Of a stretch of DNA of 64,000 nt, positions 26,253-38,993 are shown in pieces; position 1 is the stretch's first letter; every line of letters begins with the position of its first letter. Below the pieces are notes generated by a model. That model saw only the letters and a program-made list of their open reading frames with translations, was not told the DNA's origin and made no database searches. A program made the position numbers and the translations under genes. Source of the DNA: Auanema rhodensis (lineage: Eukaryota > Animalia > Nematoda); the NCBI GenBank assembly GCA_964057225.1, contig OZ059900.1, forward strand, positions 14,632,001 through 14,696,000, in the 5' to 3' direction.

Positions 26253-29200
26253 AATGTTTTTGTTCTGATTCATCGTTATTGAATGTTATGCTATTTTTGT
26301 TTTTTTCCAAAAGTCGGATAAAAAAGATAATTATTAGAAAAAAGGTTGTTTTAAACTTTCTGTTTTTTCAAAAGTGATTTGAGCTTGTGTTTTTTTTCTA
26401 AATTGTTAAACATTTCCATTTAATTTAAATGTTCTATCTCAATTACGATGAAAAAAATTGAAACGTCAGCGTTAATCAATTGTTCATTGTAACACCAAAC
26501 TTCAATTAGCTCTTTGAGTAAAGTAGGCCATAAATCAAGATATGTTAGAGACAGTGTTTCATTTTTCTACTATAATTCAAACTCACACTCTTAATGAAAG
26601 TTTCTAAGTGCAAATTCAATCGTCGGTAGTATAGTGGTGAGTATCCGCGTCTGTCACATGCGAGACCCGGGATCAATTCCCGGCCGGGGAGAATGTTTTT
26701 GTTCTGATTCATCGTTATTGAATGTTATGCTATTTTTGTTTTTTTCCAAAAGTCGGATAAAAAAGATAATTATTAGAAAAAAGGTTGTTTTAAACTTTCT
26801 GTTTTTTCAAAAGTGATTTGAGCTTGTGTTTTTTTTCTAAATTGTTAAACATTTCCATTTAATTTAAATGTTCTATCTCAATTACGATGAAAAAAATTGA
26901 AACGTCAGCGTTAATCAATTGTTCATTGTAACACCAAACTTCAATTAGCTCTTTGAGTAAAGTAGGCCATAAATCAATATATGTTAGAGACAGTGTTTCA
27001 TTTTTCTACTATAATTCAAACTCACACTCTTAATGAAAGTTTCTAAGTGCAAATTCAATCGTCGGTAGTATAGTGGTGAGTATCCGCGTCTGTCACATGC
27101 GAGACCCGGGTTCAATTCCCGGCCGGGGAGAATGTTTTTGTTCTGATTCATCGTTATTGAATGTTATGCTATTTTTGTTTTCTTCAAAAAGTCGGATAAA
27201 AACGATAATTATTAGAAAAAAGATTGTTATAAACTTTCTGCTTTTTCAAAAGTGATTTGAGCTTGTGTTTTTTTTCTAAATTGTTAAACATTTCTATTTA
27301 ATTTAAGTGTTCTATACTAATTACGATGAAAAAAATTGAAACGTCAGCGTTAATCAATTGTTCATTGTAACACCAAACTTCAATTAGCTCTTTGTGTAAA
27401 GTAGGCCATAAAACAAGATATGCTAGAGACAGTGTTTCATTTTTCTACTTTAATTCAAACTCACACTCTTAATGAAAGTTTCTAAGTGCAAATTCAATCC
27501 TCGGTAGTATAGTGGTGAGTATCCGCGTCTGTCACATGCGAGACCCGGGTTCAATTCCCGGCCGGGGAGAATGTTTTTGTTCTGATTCATCGTTAGTGAA
27601 TGTTATGCTATTTTTGTTTTCTTCCAAAAGTCGGATAAAAAAGATAATTATTAGAAAAAAGGTTGTTTTATTTTAAACTTTCTGTTTTTTCAAAAGTGAT
27701 TTGAGCTTGTGTTTTTTTTCTAAATTGTTAAACATTTCCATTTAATTTGAATGTTCTATCTCAATTACGATGAAAAAAAATGGAACGTCAGCGTTAATCA
27801 ATTGTTCATTGTAACACCAAACTTCAATTAGCTCTTTGATTAAAGTAGGCCATAAATCAAGATATGTTAGAGACAGTGTTTCATTTTTCTACTTTAATTC
27901 AAACTCACACTCTTAATGAAAGTTTTTAAGTGCAAATTCAATCCTCGGTAGTATAGTGGTGAGTATCCGCGTCTGTCACATGCGAGACCCGGGTTCAATT
28001 CCCGGCCGGGGAGAATGTTTTTGTTCTGATTCATCGTTATTGAATGTTATGCTATTTTTGTTTTCTTCAAAAAGTCGGATAAAAACGATAATTATTAGAA
28101 AAAAGATTGTTTTAAACTTTCTGCTTTTTCAAAAGTGATTTGAGCTTGTGATATTTTCTAAATTTTTAAACATTTCCATTTAATTTAAGTATTCTATCTC
28201 AATTACGATGAAAAAAAATGGAACGTCAGCGTTAATCAATTGTTCATTGTAACACCAAACTTCAATTAGCTCTTTGAGTAAAGTAGGCCATAAATCAAGA
28301 TATGTTAGAGACAGTGTTTCATTTTTCTACTTTAATTCAAACTCACACTCTTAATGAAAGTTTCTAAGTGCAAATTCAATCCTCGGTAGTATAGTGGTGA
28401 GTATCCGCGTCTGTCACATGCGAGACCCGGGTTCAATTCCCGGCCGGGGAGAATGTTTTTGTTCTGATTCATCGTTATTGAATGTTATGCTATTTTTGTT
28501 TTCTTCAAAAAGTCGGATAAAAACGATAATTATTAGAAAAAAGATTTTTTTAAACTTTCTGCTTTTTCAAAAGTGATTTGAGCTTGTGATTTTTTTTTAA
28601 ATTTTCAAACATTTCTATTTAATTTAAGTTTTCTATATTAATTACGATGAAAAAAATTGAAACGTCAGCGTTAATCAATTGTTCATTGTAACACCAAACT
28701 TCAATTAGCTCTTTGCGTAAAGTAGGCCATAAATCAAGATATGTGAGAGACAGTGTTTCATTTTTCTACTATAATTCAAACTCACACTCTTAATGAAAGT
28801 TTCTAAGTGCAAATTCAATCCTCGGTAGTATAGTGGTGAGTATCCGCGTCTGTCACATGCGAGACCCGGGTTCAATTCCCGGCCGGGGAGAATGTTTTTG
28901 TTCTGATTCATCGTTATTGAATGTTATGCTATTTTTGTTTTCTTCCAAAAGTCGGATAAAAAAGATAATTATTAGAAAAAAGGTTGTTTTATTTTAAACT
29001 TTCTGTTTTTTCAAAAGTGATTTGAGCTTGTGTTTTTTTTCTAAATTGTTAAACATTTCCATTTAATTTGAATGTTCTATCTCAATTACGATGAAAAAAA
29101 ATGGAACGTCAGCGTTAATCAATTGTTCATTGTAACACCAAACTTCAATTAGCTCTTTGATTAAAGTAGGCCATAAATCAAGATATGTTAGAGACAGTGT

Positions 29201-32200
29201 TTCATTTTTCTACTTTAATTCAAACTCACACTCTTAATGAAAGTTTTTAAGTGCAAATTCAATCCTCGGTAGTATAGTGGTGAGTATCCGCGTCTGTCAC
29301 ATGCGAGACCCGGGTTCAATTCCCGGCCGGGGAGAATGGTTTTGTTCTGATTCATCGTTATTGAATGTTATGCTATTTTTGTTTTCTTCAAAAAGTCGGA
29401 TAAAAACGATAATTATTAGAAAAAAGATTGTTTTAAACTTTCTGCTTTTTCAAAAGTGATTTGAGCTTGTGTTTTTTTTCTAAATTGTTAAACATTTCTA
29501 TTTAATTTAAGTGTTCTATATTAATTACGATGAAAAAAATCGAAACGTCAGCGTTAATCAATTGTTCATTGTAACACCAAACTTCAATTAGCTCTTTGTG
29601 TAAAGTAGGCCATAAAACAAGATATGTTAGAGACAGTGTTTCATTTTTCTACTTTAATTCAAACTCACACTCTTAATGAAAGTTTCTAAGTGCAAATTCA
29701 ATCCTCGGTAGTATAGTGGTGAGTATCCGCGTCTGTCACATGCGAGACCCGGGTTCAATTCCTGGCCGGGGAGAATGTTTTTGTTCTGATTCATCGTTAT
29801 TGAATGTTATGCTATTTTTGTTTTTTTCCAAAAGTCGGATAAAAAAGATAATTATTAGAAAAAAGGTTGTTTTAAACTTTCTGTTTTTTCAAAAGTGATT
29901 TGAGCTTGTGTTTTTTTTCTAAATTGTTAAACATTTCCATTTAATTTAAATGTTCTATCTCAATTACGATGAAAAAAATTGAAACGTCAGCGTTAATCAA
30001 TTGTTCATTGTAACACCAAACTTCAATTAGCTCTTTGAGTAAAGTAGGCCATAAATCAAGATATGTTAGAGACAGTGTTTCATTTTTCTACTATAATTCA
30101 AACTCACACTCTTAATGAAAGTTTCTAAGTGCAAATTCAATCGTCGGTAGTATAGTGGTGAGTATCCGCGTCTGTCACATGCGAGACCCGGGATCAATTC
30201 CCGGCCGGGGAGAATGTTTTTGTTCTGATTCATCGTTATTGAATGTTATGCTATTTTTGTTTTTTTCCAAAAGTCGGATAAAAAAGATAATTATTAGAAA
30301 AAAGGTTGTTTTAAACTTTCTGTTTTTTCAAAAGTGATTTGAGCTTGTGTTTTTTTTCTAAATTGTTAAACATTTCCATTTAATTTAAATGTTCTATCTC
30401 AATTACGATGAAAAAAATTGAAACGTCAGCGTTAATCAATTGTTCATTGTAACACCAAACTTCAATTAGCTCTTTGAGTAAAGTAGGCCATAAATCAAGA
30501 TATGTTAGAGACAGTGTTTCATTTTTCTACTATAATTCAAACTCACACTCTTAATGAAAGTTTCTAAGTGCAAATTCAATCGTCGGTAGTATAGTGGTGA
30601 GTATCCGCGTCTGTCACATGCGAGACCCGGGTTCAATTCCCGGCCGGGGAGAATGTTTTTGTTCTGATTCATCGTTATTGAATGTTATGCTATTTTTGTT
30701 TTCTTCAAAAAGTCGGATAAAAACGATAATTATTAGAAAAAAGATTGTTTTAAACTTTCTGTTTTTTCAAAAGTGATTTGAGCTTGTGTTTTTTTTCTAA
30801 ATTGTTAAACATTTCCATTTAATTTAAATGTTCTATCTCAATTACGATGAAAAAAAATGGAACGTCAGCGTTAATCAATTGTTCATTGTAACACCAAACT
30901 TCAATTAGCTCTTTGATTAAAGTAGGCCATGAATCAAGATATGTTAGAGACAGTGTTCCATTTTTCTACTTTAATTCAAACTCACACACTTAATGAAAGT
31001 TTCTAAGTGCAAATTCAATCCTCGGTAGTATAGTGGTGAGTATCCGCGTCTGTCACATGCGAGACCCGGGTTCAATTCCCGGCCGGGGAGAATGTTTTTG
31101 TTCTGATTCATCGTTATTGAATGTTATGCTATTTTTGTTTTCTTCCAAAAGTCGGATAAAAAAGATAATTATTAGAAAAAAGGTTGTTTTATTTTAAACT
31201 TTCTGTTTTTTCAAAAGTGATTTGAGCTTGTGTTTTTTTTCTAAATTGTTAAACATTTCCATTTAATTTGAATGTTCTATCTCAATTACGATGAAAAAAA
31301 ATGGAACGTCAGCGTTAATCAATTGTTCATTGTAACACCAAACTTCAATTAGCTCTTTGATTAAAGTAGGCCATAAATCAAGATATGTTAGAGACAGTGT
31401 TTCATTTTTCTACTTTAATTCAAACTCACACTCTTAATGAAAGTTTTTAAGTGCAAATTCAATCCTCGGTAGTATAGTGGTGAGTATCCGCGTCTGTCAC
31501 ATGCGAGACCCGGGTTCAATTCCCGGCCGGGGAGAATGTTTTTGTTCTGATTCATCGTTATTGAATGTTATGCTATTTTTGTTTTCTTCAAAAAGTCGGA
31601 TAAAAACGATAATTATTAGAAAAAAGATTGTTTTAAACTTTCTGCTTTTTCAAAAGTGATTTGAGCTTGTGATATTTTCTAAATTTTTAAACATTTCCAT
31701 TTAATTTAAGTATTCTATCTCAATTACGATGAAAAAAAATGGAACGTCAGCGTTAATCAATTGTTCATTGTAACACCAAACTTCAATTAGCTCTTTGAGT
31801 AAAGTAGGCCATAAATCAAGATATGTTAGAGACAGTGTTTCATTTTTCTACTTTAATTCAAACTCACACTCTTAATGAAAGTTTCTAAGTGCAAATTCAA
31901 TCCTCGGTAGTATAGTGGTGAGTATCCGCGTCTGTCACATGCGAGACCCGGGTTCAATTCCCGGCCGGGGAGAATGTTTTTGTTCTGATTCATCGTTATT
32001 GAATGTTATGCTATTTTTGTTTTCTTCAAAAAGTCGGATAAAAACGATAATTATTAGAAAAAAGATTGTTTTAAACTTTCTGCTTTTTCAAAAGTGATTT
32101 GAGCTTGTGATTTTTTTTTAAATTTTCAAACATTTCTATTTAATTTAAGTTTTCTATATTAATTACGATGAAAAAAATTGAAACGTCAGCGTTAATCAAT

Positions 32201-35200
32201 TGTTCATTGTAACACCAAACTTCAATTAGCTCTTTGCGTAAAGTAGGCCATAAATCAAGATATGTTAGAGACAGTGTTTCATTTTTCTACTATAATTCAA
32301 ACTCACACTCTTAATGAAAGTTTCTAAGTGCAAATTCAATCGTCGGTAGTATAGTGGTGAGTATCCGCGTCTGTCACATGCGAGACCCGGGTTCAATTCC
32401 CGGCCGGGGAGAATGTTTTTGTTCTGATTCATCGTTATTGAATGTTATGCTAATTTTGTTTTCTTCAAAAAGTCGGATAAAAACGATAATTATTAGAAAA
32501 AAGATTGTTTTAAACTTTCTGCTTTTTCAAAAGTGATTTGAGCTTGTGATTTTTTTTAAATTTTCAAACATTTCTATTTAATTTAAGTGTTCTATCTTAA
32601 TTACGATGAAAAAAATTGATACGTCAGCGTTTATCAATCGTTAATTGTAACACCAAACTTCAATTAGCTCTTTGAGTAAAGTAGGCCATAAATCAAGATA
32701 TGTTAGAGACAGTGTTTCATTTTTCTACTTTAATTCAAACTCACACTCTTAATGAAAGTTTCTAAGTGCAAATTCAATCCTCGGTAGTATAGTGGTGAGT
32801 ATCCGCGTCTGTCACATGCGAGACCCGGGTTCAATTCCCGGCCGGGGAGAATGTTTTTGTTCTGATTCATCGTTATTGAATGTTATGCTATTTTTGTTTT
32901 CTTCAAAAAGTCGGATAAAAACGATAATTATTAGAAAAAAGATTGTTTTAAACTTTCTGCTTTTTCAAAAGTGATTTGAGCTTGTGATTTTTTTTTAAAT
33001 TTTCAAACATTTCTATTTAATTTAAGTTTTCTATATTAATTACGATGAAAAAAATTGAAACGTCAGCGTTAATCAATTGTTCATTGTAACACCAAACTTC
33101 AATTAGCTCTTTGCGTAAAGTAGGCCATAAATCAAGATATGTTAGAGACAGTGTTTCATTTTTCTACTATAATTCAAACTCACACTCTTAATGAAAGTTT
33201 CTAAGTGCAAATTCAATCGTCGGTAGTATAGTGGTGAGTATCCGCGTCTGTCACATGCGAGACCCGGGTTCAATTCCCGGCCGGGGAGAATGTTTTTGTT
33301 CTGATTCATCGTTATTGAATGTTATGCTAATTTTGTTTTCTTCAAAAAGTCGGATAAAAACGATAATTATTAGAAAAAAGATTGTTTTAAACTTTCTGCT
33401 TTTTCAAAAGTGATTTGAGCTTGTGATTTTTTTTTAAATTTTCAAACATTTCTATTTAATTTAAGTGTTCTATATTAATTACGATGAAAAAAATTGAAAC
33501 GTCAGCGTTAATCAATTGTTCATTGTAACACCAAACTTCAATTAGCTCTTTGAGTAAAGTAGGCCATAAATCAAGATATGTTAGAGACAGTGTTTCATTT
33601 TTCTACTATAATTCAAACTCACACTCTTAATGAAAGTTTCTAAGTGCAAATTCAATCGTCGGTAGTATAGTGGTGAGTATCCGCGTCTGTCACATGCGAG
33701 ACCCGGGATCAATTCCCGGCCGGGGAGAATGTTTTTGTTCTGATTCATCGTTATTGAATGTTATGCTATTTTTGTTTTCTTCCAAAAGTCGAATTAAAAA
33801 GATAATTATTAGAAAAAAGGTTATTTTAAACTTTCTGTTTTTTCAAAAGTGATTTGAGCTTGTGATTTTTTTTTAAATTTTCAAACATATCTATTTAATT
33901 TAAGTTTTCTATATTAATTACGATGAAAAAAAATGGAACGTCAGCGTTAATCAATTGTTCATTGTAACACCAAACTTCAATTAGCTCTTTGAGTAAAGTA
34001 GGCCATAAATCAAGATATGTTAGAGACAGTGTTTCATTTTTCTACTTTAATTCAAACTCACACTCTTAATGAAAGTTTCTAAGTGCAAATTCAATCCTCG
34101 GTAGTATAGTGGTGAGTATCCGCGTCTGTCACATGCGAGACCCGGGTTCAATTCCCGGCCGGGGAGAATGTTTTTGTTCTGATTCATCGTTATTGAATGT
34201 TATGCTATTTTTGTTTTCTTCAAAAAGTCGGATAAAAACGATAATTATTAGAAAAAAGATTGTTTTAAACTTTCTGCTTTTTCAAAAGTGATTTGAGCTT
34301 GTGATTTTTTTTTAAATTTTCAAACATTTCTATTTAATTTAAGTTTTCTATATTAATTACGATGAAAAAAATTGAAACGTCAGCGTTAATCAATTGTTCA
34401 TTGTAACACCAAACTTCAATTAGCTCTTTGCGTAAAGTAGGCCATAAATCAAGATATGTTAGAGACAGTGTTTCATTTTTCTACTATAATTCAAACTCAC
34501 ACTCTTAATGAAAGTTTCTAAGTGCAAATTCAATCGTCGGTAGTATAGTGGTGAGTATCCGCGTCTGTCACATGCGAGACCCGGGTTCAATTCCCGGCCG
34601 GGGAGAATGTTTTTGTTCTGATTCATCGTTATTGAATGTTATGCTAATTTTGTTTTCTTCAAAAAGTCGGATAAAAACGATAATTATTAGAAAAAAGATT
34701 GTTTTAAACTTTCTGCTTTTTCAAAAGTGATTTGAGCTTGTGATTTTTTTTTAAATTTTCAAACATTTCTATTTAATTTAAGTGTTCTATATTAATTACG
34801 ATGAAAAAAATTGAAACGTCAGCGTTAATCAATTGTTCATTGTAACACCAAACTTCAATTAGCTCTTTGAGTAAAGTAGGCCATAAATCAAGATATGTTA
34901 GAGACAGTGTTTCATTTTTCTACTATAATTCAAACTCACACTCTTAATGAAAGTTTCTAAGTGCAAATTCAATCGTCGGTAGTATAGTGGTGAGTATCCG
35001 CGTCTGTCACATGCGAGACCCGGGATCAATTCCCGGCCGGGGAGAATGTTTTTGTTCTGATTCATCGTTATTGAATGTTATGCTATTTTTGTTTTCTTCC
35101 AAAAGTCGAATTAAAAAGATAATTATTAGAAAAAAGGTTATTTTAAACTTTCTGTTTTTTCAAAAGTGATTTGAGCTTGTGATATTTTCTAAATTTTTAA

Positions 35201-38200
35201 ACATTTCCATTTAATTTAAGTATTCTATCTCAATTACGATGAAAAAAAATGGAACGTCAGCGTTAATCAATTGTTCATTGTAACACCAAACTTCAATTAG
35301 CTCTTTGAGTAAAGTAGGCCATAAATCAAGATATGTTAGAGACAGTGTTTCATTTTTCTACTTTAATTCAAACTCACACTCTTAATGAAAGTTTCTAAGT
35401 GCAAATTCAATCCTCGGTAGTATAGTGGTGAGTATCCGCGTCTGTCACATGCGAGACCCGGGTTCAATTCCCGGCCGGGGAGAATGTTTTTGTTCTGATT
35501 CATCGTTATTGAATGTTATGCTATTTTTGTTTTCTTCAAAAAGTCGGATAAAAACGATAATTATTAGAAAAAAGATTGTTTTAAACTTTCTGCTTTTTCA
35601 AAAGTGATTTGAGCTTGTGATTTTTTTTTAAATTTTCAAACATTTCTATTTAATTTAAGTTTTCTATATTAATTACGATGAAAAAAATTGAAACGTCAGC
35701 GTTAATCAATTGTTCATTGTAACACCAAACTTCAATTAGCTCTTTGCGTAAAGTAGGCCATAAAACAAGATATGTTAGAGACAGTGTTTCATTTTTCTAC
35801 TTTAATTCAAACTCACACTCTTAATGAAAGTTTCTAAGTGCAAATTCAATCCTCGGTAGTATAGTGGTGAGTATCCGCGTCTGTCACATGCGAGACCCGG
35901 GTTCAATTCCCGGCCGGGGAGAATGTTTTTGTTCTGATTCATCGTTATTGAATGTTATGCTAATTTTGTTTTCTTCAAAAAGTCGGATAAAAACGATAAT
36001 TATTAGAAAAAAGATTGTTTTAAACTTTCTGCTTTTTCAAAAGTGATTTGAGCTTGTGATTTTTTTTTAAATTTTCAAACATTTCTATTTAATTTAACTG
36101 TTCTATATTAATTACGATGAAAAAAATTGAAACGTCAGCGTTAATCAATTGTTCATTGTAACACCAAACTTCAATTAGCTCTTTGAGTAAAGTAGGCCAT
36201 AAAACAAGATATGTTAGAGACAGTGTTTCATTTTTCTACTTTAATTCAAACTCACACTCTTAATGAAAGTTTCTAAGTGCAAATTCAATCCTCGGTAGTA
36301 TAGTGGTGAGTATCCGCGTCTGTCACATGCGAGACCCGGGTTCAATTCCCGGCCGGGGAGAATGTTTTTGTTCTGATTCATCGTTATTGAATGTTATGCT
36401 ATTTTTGTTCTCTTCAAAAAGTCGGATAAAAACGATAATTATTAGAAAAAAGATTGTTTTAAACTTTCTGCTTTTTCAAAAGTGATTTGAGCTTGTGATT
36501 TTTTTTTAAATTTTCAAACATTTCTATTTAATTTAAGTGTTCTATCTTAATTACGATGAAAAAAATTGATACGTCAGCGTTTATCAATCGTTAATTGTAA
36601 CACCAAACTTCAATTAGCTCTTTGAGTAAAGTAGGCCATAAATCAAGATATGTTAGAGACAGTGTTTCATTTTTCTACTTTAATTCAAACTCACACTCTT
36701 AATGAAAGTTTCTAAGTGCAAATTCAATCCTCGGTAGTATAGTGGTGAGTATCCGCGTCTGTCACATGCGAGACCCGGGTTCAATTCCCGGCCGGGGAGA
36801 ATGTTTTTGTTCTGATTCATCGTTATTGAATGTTATGCTAATTTTGTTTTCTTCAAAAAGTCGGATAAAAACGATAATTATTAGAAAAAAGGTTATTTTA
36901 AACTTTCTGTTTTTTCAAAAGTGATTTGAGCTTGTGATATTTTCTAAATTTTTAAACATTTCCATTTAATTTAAGTATTCTATCTCAATTACGATGAAAA
37001 AAAATGGAACGTCAGCGTTAATCAATTGTTCATTGTAACACCAAACTTCAATTAGCTCTTTGAGTAAAGTAGGCCATAAATCAAGATATGTTAGAGACAG
37101 TGTTTCATTTTTCTACTTTAATTCAAACTCACACTCTTAATGAAAGTTTCTAAGTGCAAATTCAATCCTCGGTAGTATAGTGGTGAGTATCCGCGTCTGT
37201 CACATGCGAGACCCGGGTTCAATTCCCGGCCGGGGAGAATGTTTTTGTTCTGATTCATCGTTATTGAATGTTATGCTATTTTTGTTTTCTTCAAAAAGTC
37301 GGATAAAAACGATAATTATTAGAAAAAAGATTGTTTTAAACTTTCTGCTTTTTCAAAAGTGATTTGAGCTTGTGATTTTTTTTTAAATTTTCAAACATTT
37401 CTATTTAATTTAAGTTTTCTATATTAATTACGATGAAAAAAATTGAAACGTCAGCGTTAATCAATTGTTCATTGTAACACCAAACTTCAATTAGCTCTTT
37501 GCGTAAAGTAGGCCATAAAACAAGATATGTTAGAGACAGTGTTTCATTTTTCTACTTTAATTCAAACTCACACTCTTAATGAAAGTTTCTAAGTGCAAAT
37601 TCAATCCTCGGTAGTATAGTGGTGAGTATCCGCGTCTGTCACATGCGAGACCCGGGTTCAATTCCCGGCCGGGGAGAATGTTTTTGTTCTGATTCATCGT
37701 TATTGAATGTTATGCTAATTTTGTTTTCTTCAAAAAGTCGGATAAAAACGATAATTATTAGAAAAAAGATTGTTTTAAACTTTCTGCTTTTTCAAAAGTG
37801 ATTTGAGCTTGTGATTTTTTTTTAAATTTTCAAACATTTCTATTTAATTTAACTGTTCTATATTAATTACGATGAAAAAAATTGAAACGTCAGCGTTAAT
37901 CAATTGTTCATTGTAACACCAAACTTCAATTAGCTCTTTGAGTAAAGTAGGCCATAAAACAAGATATGTTAGAGACAGTGTTTCATTTTTCTACTTTAAT
38001 TCAAACTCACACTCTTAATGAAAGTTTCTAAGTGCAAATTCAATCCTCGGTAGTATAGTGGTGAGTATCCGCGTCTGTCACATGCGAGACCCGGGTTCAA
38101 TTCCCGGCCGGGGAGAATGTTTTTGTTCTGATTCATCGTTATTGAATGTTATGCTATTTTTGTTCTCTTCAAAAAGTCGGATAAAAACGATAATTATTAG

Positions 38201-38921
38201 AAAAAAGATTGTTTTAAACTTTCTGCTTTTTCAAAAGTGATTTGAGCTTGTGATTTTTTTTTAAATTTTCAAACATTTCTATTTAATTTAAGTGTTCTAT
38301 CTTAATTACGATGAAAAAAATTGATACGTCAGCGTTTATCAATCGTTAATTGTAACACCAAACTTCAATTAGCTCTTTGAGTAAAGTAGGCCATAAATCA
38401 AGATATGTTAGAGACAGTGTTTCATTTTTCTACTTTAATTCAAACTCACACTCTTAATGAAAGTTTCTAAGTGCAAATTCAATCCTCGGTAGTATAGTGG
38501 TGAGTATCCGCGTCTGTCACATGCGAGACCCGGGTTCAATTCCCGGCCGGGGAGAATGTTTTTGTTCTGATTCATCGTTATTGAATGTTATGCTAATTTT
38601 GTTTTCTTCAAAAAGTCGGATAAAAACGATAATTATTAGAAAAAAGATTGTTTTAAACTTTCTGCTTTTTCAAAAGTGATTTGAGCTTGTGATTTTTTTT
38701 TAAATTTTCAAACATTTCTATTTAATTTAAGTGTTCTATATTAATTACGATGAAAAAAATTGAAACGTCAGCGTTAATCAATTGTTCATTGTAACACCAA
38801 ACTTCAATTAGCTCTTTGAGTAAAGTAGGCCATAAATCAAGATATGTTAGAGACAGTGTTTCATTTTTCTACTATAATTCAAACTCACACTCTTAATGAA
38901 AGTTTCTAAGTGCAAATTCAA

Positions 38922-38993
38922 TCGTCGGTAGTATAGTGGTGAGTATCCGCGTCTGTCTTATGCGAGACCCGGGATCAATTCCCGGCCGGGGAG
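38922..38993 (+). pseudogene. Multiply mutated tRNA-Asp copy
   Basis: C3G (acceptor mismatch), anticodon loop CTGTCTT (loses A37 and C38), and T54A. Confidence 0.6.
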
